The notes under the pieces: model-generated
Told to the model about the DNA's origin: nothing
Databases searched by the model: none
The model's input: only the letters and a program-made list of their open reading frames with translations
Translations under genes and position numbers: made by a program
NCBI GenBank assembly: GCA_041660565.1
Contig: JBAZWC010000001.1
Location: forward strand, 174,481 to 238,480
Reading direction: 5' to 3'
From: Patescibacteria group bacterium
GTDB lineage: Bacteria; Patescibacteriota; UBA1384; CAJBMM01
DNA: 64,000 bases
In this document: piece by piece, positions 50,860 through 61,126 of the stretch
How positions within the stretch are numbered: position 1 is the stretch's first letter
Layout of the letters: each line of letters opens with the position of its first letter

Positions 50860-52443
50860 CTAACTTTCGGAACTTTGCGAAATTAAACTATTAAGTACCA
50901 TTGTTTTTGGTTTAATGATTCCGATAATTTGTAACACAGTTGGGGCTACATTACCCAAACATCCACCTTCAACAAGCTGTATTTTGGCCAATTCGTGATC
51001 CTTTGTGGCAACAATAAGCGGTACCGGATTGTTGGTATGCTCGGTATCTGGCAGACCAGATTCTGGATTCACCATCTCCTCTGCGTTTCCATGATCAGCG
51101 GTTACTACCATCGTTCCATTCACTTTTTGTACCGCTTTCCAAATTTGGTCTATGCATTTGTCTATGGTTTCTACTGCAGTAATGGTGGCACGAATATCGC
51201 CCGTGTGGCCTACCATATCGGCATTGGCAAAGTTAATAACATAAAAATTGTATTTATTGGCGTTTAATTGCTCAAGAATTGCTTTAGTGATAGGTTTAGC
51301 AGACATTTCTGGCGACTTGTTGTAGGTTGCAACCTTAGGTGACGGGATTAATAATCGATTTTCCGAAGCGACCGGCGACTCCGCGCCACCGTTAAAGAAA
51401 TAAGTCACGTGAGCGTACTTTTCGGTTTCTGCAACGTGAAACTGATGTAATCCAGCCTCTGCAACACATTCAGCCAGTGATTTATCCACTGGTTCGGGAT
51501 TAAACGCAACAGATACCGGTAAGCCGGTTTGATATGAGGTAAAAGTGATGATATTTAGTTTGGGAATGCTCGATTCTTTTTTAAACGCGGCATCTTTCTG
51601 GCAAAACGCTTTAACTATTTGTCTCATTCGGTCTGAGCGAAAGTTATAGCAAATCACTAAATCTCCGTCAGACATTTTGGTCAGATTTTCTTTTTTATCT
51701 CGTACCACCATTGGTTCGATAAATTCGTCGATGATACCTTCTTTGTAGCTTTTCGAAATGGCGTCCACCGGATCATCAACCATCTTGCCTTGCCCAAACA
51801 CCATGGCTTGATACGCTTTCTCGGTACGTTCCCATCTATTGTCTCGGTCCATGGCGTAATATCGCCCACTTATGGTGGCTAAATGGGCATTACTGTGGTT
51901 ACTTTTAAGAAATTGCTCCAAATGTCTAACAAACTGAATTGCGCTAGTTGGCTCGGTGTCACGCCCGTCTGTTAGCGCATGAATTGCTACTTTTTCCGCT
52001 TTTAATATCTTACATAGCTCGATTAGGGCAAATAAATGATTGATGTGACCGTGTACTCCTCCATCAGATAAAATTCCCACCAGATGGATGGTTTTCTTTG
52101 CTTTAATGGCTTTTACGATGCCATCAACTAAAACTGGGTTAGAAAAAAAGTGACGATTTTTAATTTCATCATCAATTAGCGGTAAAAATTGTTTCACTAC
52201 CTTTCCGGCGCCGATATTTAAGTGGCCGACTTCGGAATTTCCCATTACCCCACGAGGCAAACCAACGGCCTGCTCGGACGCTTTGAGCTGAGTGTGAGGC
52301 ATAGTACGCCACAGATCGTTCATCACCGGAGTTTTGGCCATGGCAATCGCATTTCCACCCCAAGACGGCGCGATTCCCCATCCGTCTAAAATGATTAGTA
52401 ATAGCGGCAAATGTTGAAATTGCTCTTTAACCGGTTCTGCCAA
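50860..52443 (-). CDS. gpmI: 2,3-bisphosphoglycerate-independent phosphoglycerate mutase, paralog 1
   Basis: LDGWG, MGNSEVGH, GRYYAMDRD, ETEKYAHVT, TADHGNAE. Confidence 0.95.
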   Translation of the reverse strand: MAEPVKEQFQHLPLLLIILDGWGIAPSWGGNAIAMAKTPVMNDLWRTMPHTQLKASEQAVGLPRGVMGNSEVGHLNIGAGKVVKQFLPLIDDEIKNRHFFSNPVLVDGIVKAIKAKKTIHLVGILSDGGVHGHINHLFALIELCKILKAEKVAIHALTDGRDTEPTSAIQFVRHLEQFLKSNHSNAHLATISGRYYAMDRDNRWERTEKAYQAMVFGQGKMVDDPVDAISKSYKEGIIDEFIEPMVVRDKKENLTKMSDGDLVICYNFRSDRMRQIVKAFCQKDAAFKKESSIPKLNIITFTSYQTGLPVSVAFNPEPVDKSLAECVAEAGLHQFHVAETEKYAHVTYFFNGGAESPVASENRLLIPSPKVATYNKSPEMSAKPITKAILEQLNANKYNFYVINFANADMVGHTGDIRATITAVETIDKCIDQIWKAVQKVNGTMVVTADHGNAEEMVNPESGLPDTEHTNNPVPLIVATKDHELAKIQLVEGGCLGNVAPTVLQIIGIIKPKTMVLNSLISQSSES

Positions 52444-52461
52444 ATTCCCCTCCTAAAAACC

Positions 52462-53505
52462 TTATATCAATTTTTTCTTTAAATTCTCGATTCGGTCCAT
52501 TTCCACCGGATCTTCGCCGTTTAATAACGCCAAATAATAGCTTACATAATCACCAAAAATAATCTGCGCCAACATTAGCCCTAATTTTGAATTGATTTGA
52601 TCGAATGTCGGGTTTAACACCAAAGCACCGGCGGCGCTAAACTCATCGCCGACCAATTTAACGCGCTTGCGATTTTGGGGATGATCAAAATGGGAATCTA
52701 AAAAGATGACAGCCGAAGATTTGACAATATCCAATGGCAATTTATATCCCAAATACATGTTGTGGCACATCTCTGGCATTGGTTCAATAAATGCCACAAT
52801 TTTGGCATTTTCGTTAAGCTGGCCTTTCCAACGCGTGCCAACGGCAAACGAAAATCCGCTACCAACCACAAAAACCATTTTATCAACTAGCTTTTGGGCA
52901 AATTCTGCTGTTTCGGCTTTCATTTTTTCTACCGGCCAATGGGCTAGCACCTCGGTTACGGCGCCATCAATTAATGTCTTTGGATTATCTGAATCAGGCA
53001 AAAAATGCGCCTTGAGCATTACCCCATACGCGATACCAAGCGTGTATGGCAGACCTACTCGGGGAGCTACCGGATACGTAAATTGCAACAGTGAAATATG
53101 GTATTGTTTTGCCCATTCTGCCAGTTTGCCACCGGTGGTAATGCAAACCATTGGGCAACCAAGTGCGCGCGCTTCCTCTGCCGCCGACAGCGTTTCTTCG
53201 GTATTACCGGAGAAGCTGGTCACACACACCGCATCGGTTGCGTTAACGTATGGAGGTAAATGATAGTCAGATACTACCTCAACCGGCACCTTGCCATCGG
53301 TTTTGGCTAAAGTCGAAAGAATTGTATATCCCATTCCAGACCCGCCCATACCTAGGCCAATCACCCTTTTGGCGTTCATAAATTCTTTAGTTGGCTCAAA
53401 ACCATAACCAATTTGTGCCGCTTTTTTAAACTCCGGTAGAAATTCATCGATTCGCGCCAGCATATTGCTGGAATCGTGTTTTTGGGCAAGAGAGTCGTAG
53501 TCCAT
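52462..53505 (-). CDS. Bifunctional phosphoglucose/phosphomannose isomerase (SIS)
   Basis: GMGGSG, SFSGNTEET, TTGGKL, RWKGQLNENAK, PEMCHN. Confidence 0.9.
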   Translation of the reverse strand: MDYDSLAQKHDSSNMLARIDEFLPEFKKAAQIGYGFEPTKEFMNAKRVIGLGMGGSGMGYTILSTLAKTDGKVPVEVVSDYHLPPYVNATDAVCVTSFSGNTEETLSAAEEARALGCPMVCITTGGKLAEWAKQYHISLLQFTYPVAPRVGLPYTLGIAYGVMLKAHFLPDSDNPKTLIDGAVTEVLAHWPVEKMKAETAEFAQKLVDKMVFVVGSGFSFAVGTRWKGQLNENAKIVAFIEPMPEMCHNMYLGYKLPLDIVKSSAVIFLDSHFDHPQNRKRVKLVGDEFSAAGALVLNPTFDQINSKLGLMLAQIIFGDYVSYYLALLNGEDPVEMDRIENLKKKLI

Positions 53506-53601
53506 AATTCATCTCCTAATTATAGGATAAGCATAGCACAATAATTACCCCGATTCCAATTGGATTAATTGGAGTGATTTTGGTAAATTGGTTAGAAATT
53601 A

Positions 53602-53629
53602 TTGTAAAATTGCCGTTTTCTGGTATAAT
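53602..53629 (+). promoter_or_regulatory. sigma70 promoter TTGTAA-16-(TG)TATAAT
   Basis: Direct sequence match. Confidence 0.6.
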
Positions 53630-53673
53630 TTGGACTAGTCATAGCACCACCACAACTTAACTCCCGGGAGGAG

Positions 53674-54510
53674 ATGATGGAAACGGTTAGGCCGCATCGC
53701 GAAATCTGCGTCACCGGTACAAAAACGATCGATCAGCTTTTCAAGGTCGCCGCTGAGTTTGTAAAGGCTCGGGCGGTTCGCGCATGTGCTACATCGAGCT
53801 TGATCGATCAAAGACTCGTAATTGGCGTGTTAGCCAGCTCAAAGACATTGCGGGGTCTGGCAAACCACTGGCCAATGCGGTATCCACGATGCGACACACT
53901 GAAGAGGTTGTTTGCCCTGGGCTGTCATGCTGCTGAAATGCGGTTGCATCTGAACATCTCTGACACGGATCGGCTGGTAGAGGAAGTCGAGTTGGCACAT
54001 TGGATGTGCGGCGAAAGGCTGTCCGGTATCCAGCTGAATATGTGCTGGCCGCCGGAGTACTTGCTCACGGAGCTGCACCGGAGGCGGCCGGAAACGGATC
54101 TGCTGTTGCAGATTGGCGCGAACGCGTTACTCGAGTTCGAGGCGACGCATGGTGGCGCCATCCCGTTCTATGACGTTAAATGCATTGTTGCCCGTGTTGG
54201 GCAGTACGGCTCCAGCATTAATCGGGTATTGCTTGACCCGAGTGGTGGTTGCGGCGTCCCGATGAATGTGGACCGCCTGCGACCGGTTGTCGAGGGGTTG
54301 AACCACGCATTCCCCAACCTAGGCATCGGAGTTGCCGGTGGGCTGTGCGCCGAGACACTGCTGTCCATCGCGCCGCTGATCGAAGCCTGTCCAACGCTGA
54401 GCATCGATGCCGAGGGGCGTCTGCGCAATCCGGACACCGACGAGCTGGATATGGGCCGTGTCGAAGGCTATCTGACCGCAGCTTTCGACCTGTTCTACCC
54501 TCAAGCGTGA
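53674..54510 (+). CDS. TrpF-like TIM-barrel protein (GC-rich cassette)
   Basis: IQLNMCWP, VLLDPSGGCG, GVAGGL, LSIDAEGRLR. Confidence 0.75.
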   Translation: MMETVRPHREICVTGTKTIDQLFKVAAEFVKARAVRACATSSLIDQRLVIGVLASSKTLRGLANHWPMRYPRCDTLKRLFALGCHAAEMRLHLNISDTDRLVEEVELAHWMCGERLSGIQLNMCWPPEYLLTELHRRRPETDLLLQIGANALLEFEATHGGAIPFYDVKCIVARVGQYGSSINRVLLDPSGGCGVPMNVDRLRPVVEGLNHAFPNLGIGVAGGLCAETLLSIAPLIEACPTLSIDAEGRLRNPDTDELDMGRVEGYLTAAFDLFYPQA

Positions 54511-54520
54511 TCAACACACT

Positions 54521-54557
54521 GCCGCCTTGCCCGGTTCGGGTAAGGCGGCTTAAATTT
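54521..54557 (+). terminator. Intrinsic terminator
   Basis: GCCGCCTTGCCCG/CGGGTAAGGCGGC plus TTAAATTT. Confidence 0.7.
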
Positions 54558-54609
54558 ATCTATTGCATAAGAAAATCTTATCCTTTACCATAAAGTAAAG
54601 GAGAAAAAT

Positions 54610-54840
54610 ATGTTTTATCGACACCCACGGGAAAAGAACTTTTTGGATGTGGCCATGGCGTTTATCGTCGTTGGTGCGTTCATTTTAACCTACGGAATTA
54701 TCCAATGGGGAGTAAACGTTGGCAATTCCGAGGTTGTGTACAATTTGCCATCGGAGAAAATCATTGGTGGCTTGGTGGTAATGGGTTTGGGCTACATTCA
54801 ATTGCAATTAGAACTGATCCGATCTCGCAATAACAAGTAA
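54610..54840 (+). CDS. Small 2-TM membrane protein
   Basis: SD AAGGAG; two hydrophobic helices. Confidence 0.7.
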   Translation: MFYRHPREKNFLDVAMAFIVVGAFILTYGIIQWGVNVGNSEVVYNLPSEKIIGGLVVMGLGYIQLQLELIRSRNNK

Positions 54841-54878
54841 AGTGTGCTAAAATACACTCAAATTGTTAAATATATATT

Positions 54879-55619
54879 ATGAGACTAAATCGATACATCG
54901 CCTCATCTGGTTTATGTTCGCGACGCAAGGCAGACGAGCTTATTCAATCTGGCAAAGTTCGAGTTAACGGTGTAATATCCGAAGATTTTGTGGATGTTAA
55001 TGTTGGTAGCGATAAGATTGAGTATTTGACTGCGCCAAATGTTTGGGCTGAGCTAAAATTAGATCAAGAATTGGTGGTTTATGCCTTAAATAAACCGCTG
55101 GATTACGTTTGTAGCGCATTAGATGCTCACAACGCCAAATTAGTGATAGATTTGGTGCCAAAAACCGCACGCGTCTTTCCGGTTGGCCGGCTAGATAAAG
55201 ATAGCACCGGCCTGCTATTACTGACCAATGATGGAGATTTGACCAACAAACTGACTAGTCCGGCACAGCATATTCAGAAAACGTATTTGGTTAAATGTCA
55301 TATTCCGCCAAACTATAATCGGTCGCAACTCAAGCTAAACTTAAAGAAGCTATCTACCGGCATTGTTTTAGATGGATATCCTACCCTGCCGGCAAAAATT
55401 AAGCTAAGAGAAGAGCTGAATGATGACCACATCTTGTTTGAGATGACGTTATTTGAGGGGAAAAACCGACAAATTCGCCGAATGTGTCAAAAAATCGGAT
55501 TGAATGTGGTTGAGCTTTCGCGCGTATCGATTGGCGGGCTTCAGTTATCCGACCTTAAAATTGACGTGGGGCATTATATTAAGTTAAACAATAATCAAAT
55601 TAAACTATTATTGAAATGA
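54879..55619 (+). CDS. RsuA/RluB-family pseudouridine synthase
   Basis: MRLNRYIA..G.CSRRKAD, VGRLDKDSTGL, EGKNRQIRRM. Confidence 0.92.
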   Translation: MRLNRYIASSGLCSRRKADELIQSGKVRVNGVISEDFVDVNVGSDKIEYLTAPNVWAELKLDQELVVYALNKPLDYVCSALDAHNAKLVIDLVPKTARVFPVGRLDKDSTGLLLLTNDGDLTNKLTSPAQHIQKTYLVKCHIPPNYNRSQLKLNLKKLSTGIVLDGYPTLPAKIKLREELNDDHILFEMTLFEGKNRQIRRMCQKIGLNVVELSRVSIGGLQLSDLKIDVGHYIKLNNNQIKLLLK

Positions 55620-56575
55620 TGCACAAACTCTTGCTTGTAATATCCGTATTCATAACCGCCTTTATTAGCCCGGCGGTTTCATCGCATTTTGATCAACGTA
55701 TGATTATCAAAACGCCGGTTATTCATATTAATCCCCCTATAATCTCTACACCGGCAATTATTCCGACTCTGGGTAAACTAGATACCTTATCAATTTTAGC
55801 CCAGAGTTATTTGGTGTATGAGCCGTCAACTGCCACCGTGCTGGTTGAAAAAAACGGGTACACTAAAAGACCAACCGCCAGTACTATCAAAATTATGACC
55901 GCGGTTTTGACCATCGAAAACAAGAAAATGGAGGAAGTAATAACGGTTTCGCCTCTTGCCGCGTCTCAACCGGGGTCAACTGCCGGGCTTAAAGCGGGTG
56001 AAAAAATTACGGTTGAAAACGCGCTTTATGGGTTATTATTAAATTCGGGCAACGATTGCGCCTGGGCGTTGGCTGAATACGTTGGGGGTACCGAAGAGCG
56101 TTTTGTCGAGATGATGAATGTGCGGGGCAAAAGTCTTGGCCTAACCACGTTTCATGCTAACGACCCGGCCGGATTAGATGAGTCAGCCACAACCGGCACC
56201 TACGCTTCCCCGTTTGACATTGCCAAACTGCTTAGCTATGCCATGAAATATCCGGCTTTGTCAAAAATTATGACCACAAAGAACTATACTCTTTATAATA
56301 CCAGTGGGAAGAACGCTCGCATTTTATTAAACTCGAATCGATTTATTCAAAATGATGACAATCGCATTATTGGGGGCAAAACCGGTACCGGGTCAAATAT
56401 CAGTGTTGGGGGTGCCGGTCACGTGCTGGTAGTAGCGGCAAAACAAGACGGATACACCATCATTGCCATTGTGGACGGTACAACCATAGACAGTAATACT
56501 GCGTCATATGACCAGCTGAAGATACTGCTAGATTTTACATTTGCCAACATTGTTCCAACCACCAAAACTTGGTAA
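55616..56575 (+). CDS. D-alanyl-D-alanine carboxypeptidase (peptidase S11)
   Basis: STIK (SxxK), SGN, KTG. Confidence 0.92.
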   Translation: MMHKLLLVISVFITAFISPAVSSHFDQRMIIKTPVIHINPPIISTPAIIPTLGKLDTLSILAQSYLVYEPSTATVLVEKNGYTKRPTASTIKIMTAVLTIENKKMEEVITVSPLAASQPGSTAGLKAGEKITVENALYGLLLNSGNDCAWALAEYVGGTEERFVEMMNVRGKSLGLTTFHANDPAGLDESATTGTYASPFDIAKLLSYAMKYPALSKIMTTKNYTLYNTSGKNARILLNSNRFIQNDDNRIIGGKTGTGSNISVGGAGHVLVVAAKQDGYTIIAIVDGTTIDSNTASYDQLKILLDFTFANIVPTTKTW

Positions 56576-56581
56576 CGGAGT

Positions 56582-56700
56582 AAGCACGAAACTCGAAATA
56601 CGGAGCACGAAACAAGCACCAAAATCTCAAATCACAATTTTTAATTTTTAAATTTCGGATTTATAATTTGTTTCGAATTTCGAAATTAGTGCTTCGAGTT
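56582..56700. repeat. Heptamer-based imperfect inverted-repeat element overlapping rnc stop
   Basis: Inverted copy of 19029-19141. Confidence 0.7.
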
Positions 56701-57396
56701 TTCGGAATTGAGGTACTCAATACCGGCAACAGCTGCTTGGATTTGAGCTAACTGTTTAGAGTTCCCCTGGCCGGTACCAATTTGTTTATCGTTTAGGTAT
56801 ACACCAACTGTAAATATTTTTTGATGGTCTGGCCCTTGTTCGTCTAGCACCTTATAGTTTGGCGTAATGCCGTGTTTTTCTTGGGTGATTTCTTGCAGCT
56901 GACTTTTAGGATCAATGTGCTGGCCGCTTTGTAAAATTGTATCTAAATGCACTAAGACGAATTTGGCAATAAACTGTTTGATCGGTTCGTACCCCCCATC
57001 TAAGAACATCGCCCCAATTAAAGCCTCAAAAGCGTTAGCTAAAATTAGTTGTTTGGCTTTTCCACCGCTTTTTGCCTCACCATGGCTTAAATACATCAAA
57101 TCGCCAAAACCGATATTTTCGGAAATTTCGGCTAAGTGCTGACCACGAACCAGCGCCGAACGCCAGTTGGTTAGTTCGCCTTCCGGTTTGTTATATTTTA
57201 AATATAAATATTCGGTAACCACTAATTCCAAAACGGCATCACCCAAAAATTCAAGCCGCTCGTTGTTCTCCAAACCCAACTGTCTATTTTCATTTAATGC
57301 TGAGCGGTGAATAAAAACACGCTGCAATAAATTGCGGTCACTAAAAGTGTAACCAATTTGAGTTTCTAGGGCATCAAAATTACGTTCTGGGAGCAT
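56686..57396 (-). CDS. rnc: Ribonuclease III
   Basis: NERLEFLGDAVL, dsRBD DPKSQLQE. Confidence 0.97.
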   Translation of the reverse strand: MLPERNFDALETQIGYTFSDRNLLQRVFIHRSALNENRQLGLENNERLEFLGDAVLELVVTEYLYLKYNKPEGELTNWRSALVRGQHLAEISENIGFGDLMYLSHGEAKSGGKAKQLILANAFEALIGAMFLDGGYEPIKQFIAKFVLVHLDTILQSGQHIDPKSQLQEITQEKHGITPNYKVLDEQGPDHQKIFTVGVYLNDKQIGTGQGNSKQLAQIQAAVAGIEYLNSENSKH

Positions 57397-57400
57397 GATA

Positions 57401-57910
57401 TTACCTTATTTCATCATCGGGCATAACGTGGGCGGTTATTGGTAGTGGATCTGGCTCAACTTCGGAGTCAATAGTTTTAAGAATTTCTTCAACTTCCGGT
57501 TCTTTTGGAATGTCGCTTGAGCGATATAATGTGCCAAGTACTCCATTAATAAATTTGCTTGAATTATCGGACCCGAACGATTTTGCCAATTCAACCGCTT
57601 CGTTAATAACCACTTTTGCCGGCACCGAACGATCGATTATTAGTTCGTATGTCGCAAGGCGCAAAATGGTTTTGTCGATAACCGCAACCTGGTCAAGTGG
57701 CCAGTCTGGAGCGGATTTTTGGATCAAATCATCAATCTTCTCGATATTTGCCACAATCCCATTAACCATTGGTACAATATATTCTTTGTCGGTAATAGCA
57801 TCAAATTGGCTGATGTTTCTTAAAGCGACTTGTTCAATATCTTGGTCGCGACGAAAATCCCATTCGTATACAGATTGCATTACGATGGTTCGGGATAAAT
57901 GTCGATTCAT
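57401..57910 (-). CDS. nusB: Transcription antitermination factor NusB
   Basis: RHLSR..MQSVYE, VVINEAVELAK.FG, FINGVLG. Confidence 0.95.
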   Translation of the reverse strand: MNRHLSRTIVMQSVYEWDFRRDQDIEQVALRNISQFDAITDKEYIVPMVNGIVANIEKIDDLIQKSAPDWPLDQVAVIDKTILRLATYELIIDRSVPAKVVINEAVELAKSFGSDNSSKFINGVLGTLYRSSDIPKEPEVEEILKTIDSEVEPDPLPITAHVMPDDEIR

Positions 57911-57930
57911 TTCAAGCCCCTTAAGGTAAT

Positions 57931-58152
57931 TTATTTATCTGTTTTAGGTGCGGTTTCAGTGGCGGCCGGGGTGGCTTCAACTTTCGCTACTACCTGTTTG
58001 CCGCGATATTGACCACAATTTTCGCAAACAGCATGAGATTGTCTAGGCGCGTGACAGTTTGGGCAAAACATTACTGTAGGCAGAGTTGCACTTAGCTGGC
58101 TGCGTCTGGTGCCTGAGCGCATGTGCGACATTCGTTTTTTTGGCATTGCCAT
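57931..58152 (-). CDS. rpmF: 50S ribosomal protein L32
   Basis: MAMPKKR, CPNC...HAVCENCGQY. Confidence 0.93.
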   Translation of the reverse strand: MAMPKKRMSHMRSGTRRSQLSATLPTVMFCPNCHAPRQSHAVCENCGQYRGKQVVAKVEATPAATETAPKTDK

Positions 58153-58194
58153 GGTGTTATTCCTTTTCTTCTATATTACATGATTTTGGTTATT

Positions 58195-58662
58195 TTAGCT
58201 AGTTTTGTGAGTGTGATTTGGGTTGCTATTTAGGTCTATGCCGCATTCGGGGCAAAGTCCGCGGCAATCTGTTTTACATACTGGATATTCAGTCAGATCC
58301 AAGGCGGTTGTATCAATGATAGCTTGTGTTAGGTTAATAGTATCATCGCTATGAATTTGATAATTTAGGTCATCGTTATTGCGGCTATATTCATATTGAT
58401 CCGATGAGTCAATTTTTTGTTCAATCTCTTTTTGACATTTGATACAAACAGTTTGATAACTTGTCGTTGTTGCTAATGAAAGATCGAGCACTGGATAATT
58501 ATTCGTCCACTCGAGGTTGACACCAATTGGGCCAATTAAATCCAATCCAACCAATTTCGAACCAATTAATTGGTTGATCTCAATCTGATCAGCCGCACTC
58601 TCACCCTTTGGCAAGCGAGTAAACTGGTTGATGTGATAATGTTCTAATGATTGTTTTACCAT
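58195..58662 (-). CDS. DUF177/YceD family protein
   Basis: CIKC, CKTDCRGLCPECGIDLN; upstream of rpmF. Confidence 0.85.
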   Translation of the reverse strand: MVKQSLEHYHINQFTRLPKGESAADQIEINQLIGSKLVGLDLIGPIGVNLEWTNNYPVLDLSLATTTSYQTVCIKCQKEIEQKIDSSDQYEYSRNNDDLNYQIHSDDTINLTQAIIDTTALDLTEYPVCKTDCRGLCPECGIDLNSNPNHTHKTS

Positions 58663-58718
58663 AATACCGATATTATAACACAAAATATTCTATTATTACA
58701 ATAGTAACTCAAAAAATA

Positions 58719-58747
58719 TAGACAAGAGTATAATAATCATATATAAT
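58719..58747 (+). promoter_or_regulatory. sigma70 promoter TAGACA-17-TATAAT
   Basis: Direct sequence match. Confidence 0.65.
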
Positions 58748-58787
58748 ATCATCAGCATTTCACGGCTACGTCTCAAGGGAGAAATGA

Positions 58788-59564
58788 GTGCGACAATACA
58801 TCGAAGTGGTTGGGATTTCGTCCGTCGAAGAGGCGCACTGCGTTGTGGAGCATTATCACAACGCACGACCAATTGGTTCGGAGATTATTCTGAGGCTTGG
58901 AATAGTGGCAAAACCTAACTTGGTTGGTGTCCAGCGAGACGAGCAGATCACCCATGCCGTCTGCAACCAGTGCTTGTGTTGGTCCGATGTTGACGTGTGC
59001 ATGCACTGGTACGATCAAACCGGGGCGCCTACCGACCTGATGGCAGTCGTTACCGGTACGTACGCGGTTGCAGGGTTCAACCTCAGTCATTTGCAACTCG
59101 ACATACCTGAACTTCCTGACCCGGGTTTGCTAGGTACTGCGGTTCACGCGACGCGCAGCAATGGCTTACGGGTGGTGCTGTCACTTGGCTGTAATCAGCT
59201 GTTAGACAATGGGTACGACAGCGATGAGCCCGACTACGGCCCGTTGATAGAACGTCTGTCTGAATATGCGACCGATGGTTATGTTGACCAGCTAGTGATA
59301 AAGCCCGGGTGGCTCGGAAACAAAGTAAACCTACGTTTACTGATACAGGCTGTTCGGGAGCTATATCCACGGTGGGGTGTCACCATATTCGACGGGCTTG
59401 TATTACCGACCGCGATAGGTGAGGTCAGAGAGCTTGCCATGGAGTTCGGCGGTGTCTCTGTCTCCGCGCACCATCAGCTGTTTGCCTGTCCGGGAGGCCC
59501 GGAGCTGTCAGAAACGCGGGTATTGTGCTTTATCCAGGAGGGGTTGCGTGTTCTGGGCACCTAG
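58788..59564 (+). CDS. Degenerate TrpF-like TIM-barrel paralog of 53674-54510 (GC-rich cassette)
   Basis: YIEVVGI, LQLDIPELPDP, VVLSLG, ELYPRWGVTIFDGL, VSVSAHHQL align with the 53674 protein. Confidence 0.65.
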   Translation: MRQYIEVVGISSVEEAHCVVEHYHNARPIGSEIILRLGIVAKPNLVGVQRDEQITHAVCNQCLCWSDVDVCMHWYDQTGAPTDLMAVVTGTYAVAGFNLSHLQLDIPELPDPGLLGTAVHATRSNGLRVVLSLGCNQLLDNGYDSDEPDYGPLIERLSEYATDGYVDQLVIKPGWLGNKVNLRLLIQAVRELYPRWGVTIFDGLVLPTAIGEVRELAMEFGGVSVSAHHQLFACPGGPELSETRVLCFIQEGLRVLGT

Positions 59565-59579
59565 TCGTTACGTCCAATT

Positions 59580-59608
59580 CGCCGCGAGGATTCTACTCGC
59601 GGCGTTTT
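59580..59608 (+). terminator. Intrinsic terminator
   Basis: CGCCGCGAG/CTCGCGGCG plus TTTT. Confidence 0.75.
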
Positions 59609-59638
59609 AAGTATCTATATATGTGATAAAATTAAAGT

Positions 59639-60403
59639 ATGAAAAAAATACTTGTAATTGTTATTGCCGTAGCTGGGATAGTTTTGGGTGCTTTGTATTA
59701 CCTAAATTCTAGAAAAACGCCAACTGCGCCGGTTGCAACTGCAACTCCAACAGTTATTCCGTCTGCAAGTGTTACTCCATCCACTACGTCAACTCCGACT
59801 CCAACCCCAACCTCGGCATCCACTCCAACCGCAACCCCAAGTAAAGTCAGCTCGATCAAATTAGATGTGCCGTTTATTAGTCAGGCGCCATTGTTGGTTT
59901 GGGATGCACTTCACGAGGATGCTTGTGAAGAAGCTAGTTTAATTATGGTGCTACATTATTTAGATAAAACAAAAATATCCAGCGCAAATGCCGCAGAAGA
60001 CGAAATACAAAGTATGATAAAGTATGAAGAATCGGTTGGGCTTGAGAAAAGTATTACCATTTCTCAACTAGCAGACGTGGCCAAGCACTATGGGATAACT
60101 AATACCAAAGTCAAAGAAGACGCAACTGCGGCAGATTTGAAAAATGAGTTGACACAAAATCACGTTGTAATTTTACCGGCAGCTGGCAGAGAGTTACACA
60201 ATCCACACTTCACCGCCCCGGGGCCTATCTATCATATGCTGGTGTTAACCGGATTTGACCAAACCGGTTTTATCACCAACGACCCAGGGACAAAATACGG
60301 TGAAGACTATCGGTACACTTTTGATGTACTGATAAACGCTATTCATGATTGGGACCCGGCAGATATTGAAAACGGGGCAAAGAACTATTTAATTTTTGAA
60401 TAA
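59639..60403 (+). CDS. C39-like peptidase, membrane-anchored with T/P-rich linker
   Basis: VPFISQAP, DACEEAS, YHMLVLTG, ITNDPGT. Confidence 0.8.
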   Translation: MKKILVIVIAVAGIVLGALYYLNSRKTPTAPVATATPTVIPSASVTPSTTSTPTPTPTSASTPTATPSKVSSIKLDVPFISQAPLLVWDALHEDACEEASLIMVLHYLDKTKISSANAAEDEIQSMIKYEESVGLEKSITISQLADVAKHYGITNTKVKEDATAADLKNELTQNHVVILPAAGRELHNPHFTAPGPIYHMLVLTGFDQTGFITNDPGTKYGEDYRYTFDVLINAIHDWDPADIENGAKNYLIFE

Positions 60404-60530
60404 GTAAGATACAACGACTTTAGCCTTAGGAGTGCTTGGAGGCATAGATCTTTGAACAAATGTCTTACTTTGTATGACAAAAAATTAGAACAAAGATTGT
60501 ATTATTATTTTTTGTTGCAATAATCAAGGT

Positions 60531-61124
60531 ATGAATGCTAAAATTTTCGATAATTTGGCAAAAATAATATCGATTGTTTTTAGTCCGTACTTAATTAACA
60601 TGTTTGCGCCAATAATATTGATCTTATTTGTGAACGGCCAAAATATGTCGTCAATTTTTTATATTGAGTTATGGTACCTATTTGATGTAGCATTACCAGG
60701 ATTATATATTGTTAGAATCCAGGGCAGAAAGTTCATTTCAGATTTGCATATTCAAAACAAAGACAACCGCTTGTTGCCAATGTTAATGATAGTACTGTGT
60801 TCCGCTTTACTGGTGATTATATACCAGTATATTGATGCTCCAAAATTGATAATTATTTCAGCGTTTGTGTTTTTCGTTAATACCATCGTCATTTTATCTA
60901 TAACTATTTTCTGGAAAATCAGTATTCATATTGCTGCATACTCCGGAATTATCTCTATATTGGGATTAGTGATATCCGGACAGGCTTTTTGGCTTATGTT
61001 ATTAATCCCACTCATAATCTGGGCACGAGTACGGCGCAAAAGACACACGGTCTGGCAAGGAATTTGGGGTGGTTTTGTGCCGTTCGTAATTACATATCTT
61101 ATACTACTGGTAGTTTCGCCGTAA
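60531..61124 (+). CDS. PAP2-like multi-pass membrane protein
   Basis: WKISIH, WARV.RKRHT..Q. Confidence 0.7.
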   Translation: MNAKIFDNLAKIISIVFSPYLINMFAPIILILFVNGQNMSSIFYIELWYLFDVALPGLYIVRIQGRKFISDLHIQNKDNRLLPMLMIVLCSALLVIIYQYIDAPKLIIISAFVFFVNTIVILSITIFWKISIHIAAYSGIISILGLVISGQAFWLMLLIPLIIWARVRRKRHTVWQGIWGGFVPFVITYLILLVVSP

Positions 61125-61126
61125 AA

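Noticed and set aside
60402-60470. Possible small RNA (AAGTAAGATA/TGTCTTACTT closed stem)
   Set aside because: Single short imperfect structure with no promoter or family motif; could simply be a 3' UTR hairpin
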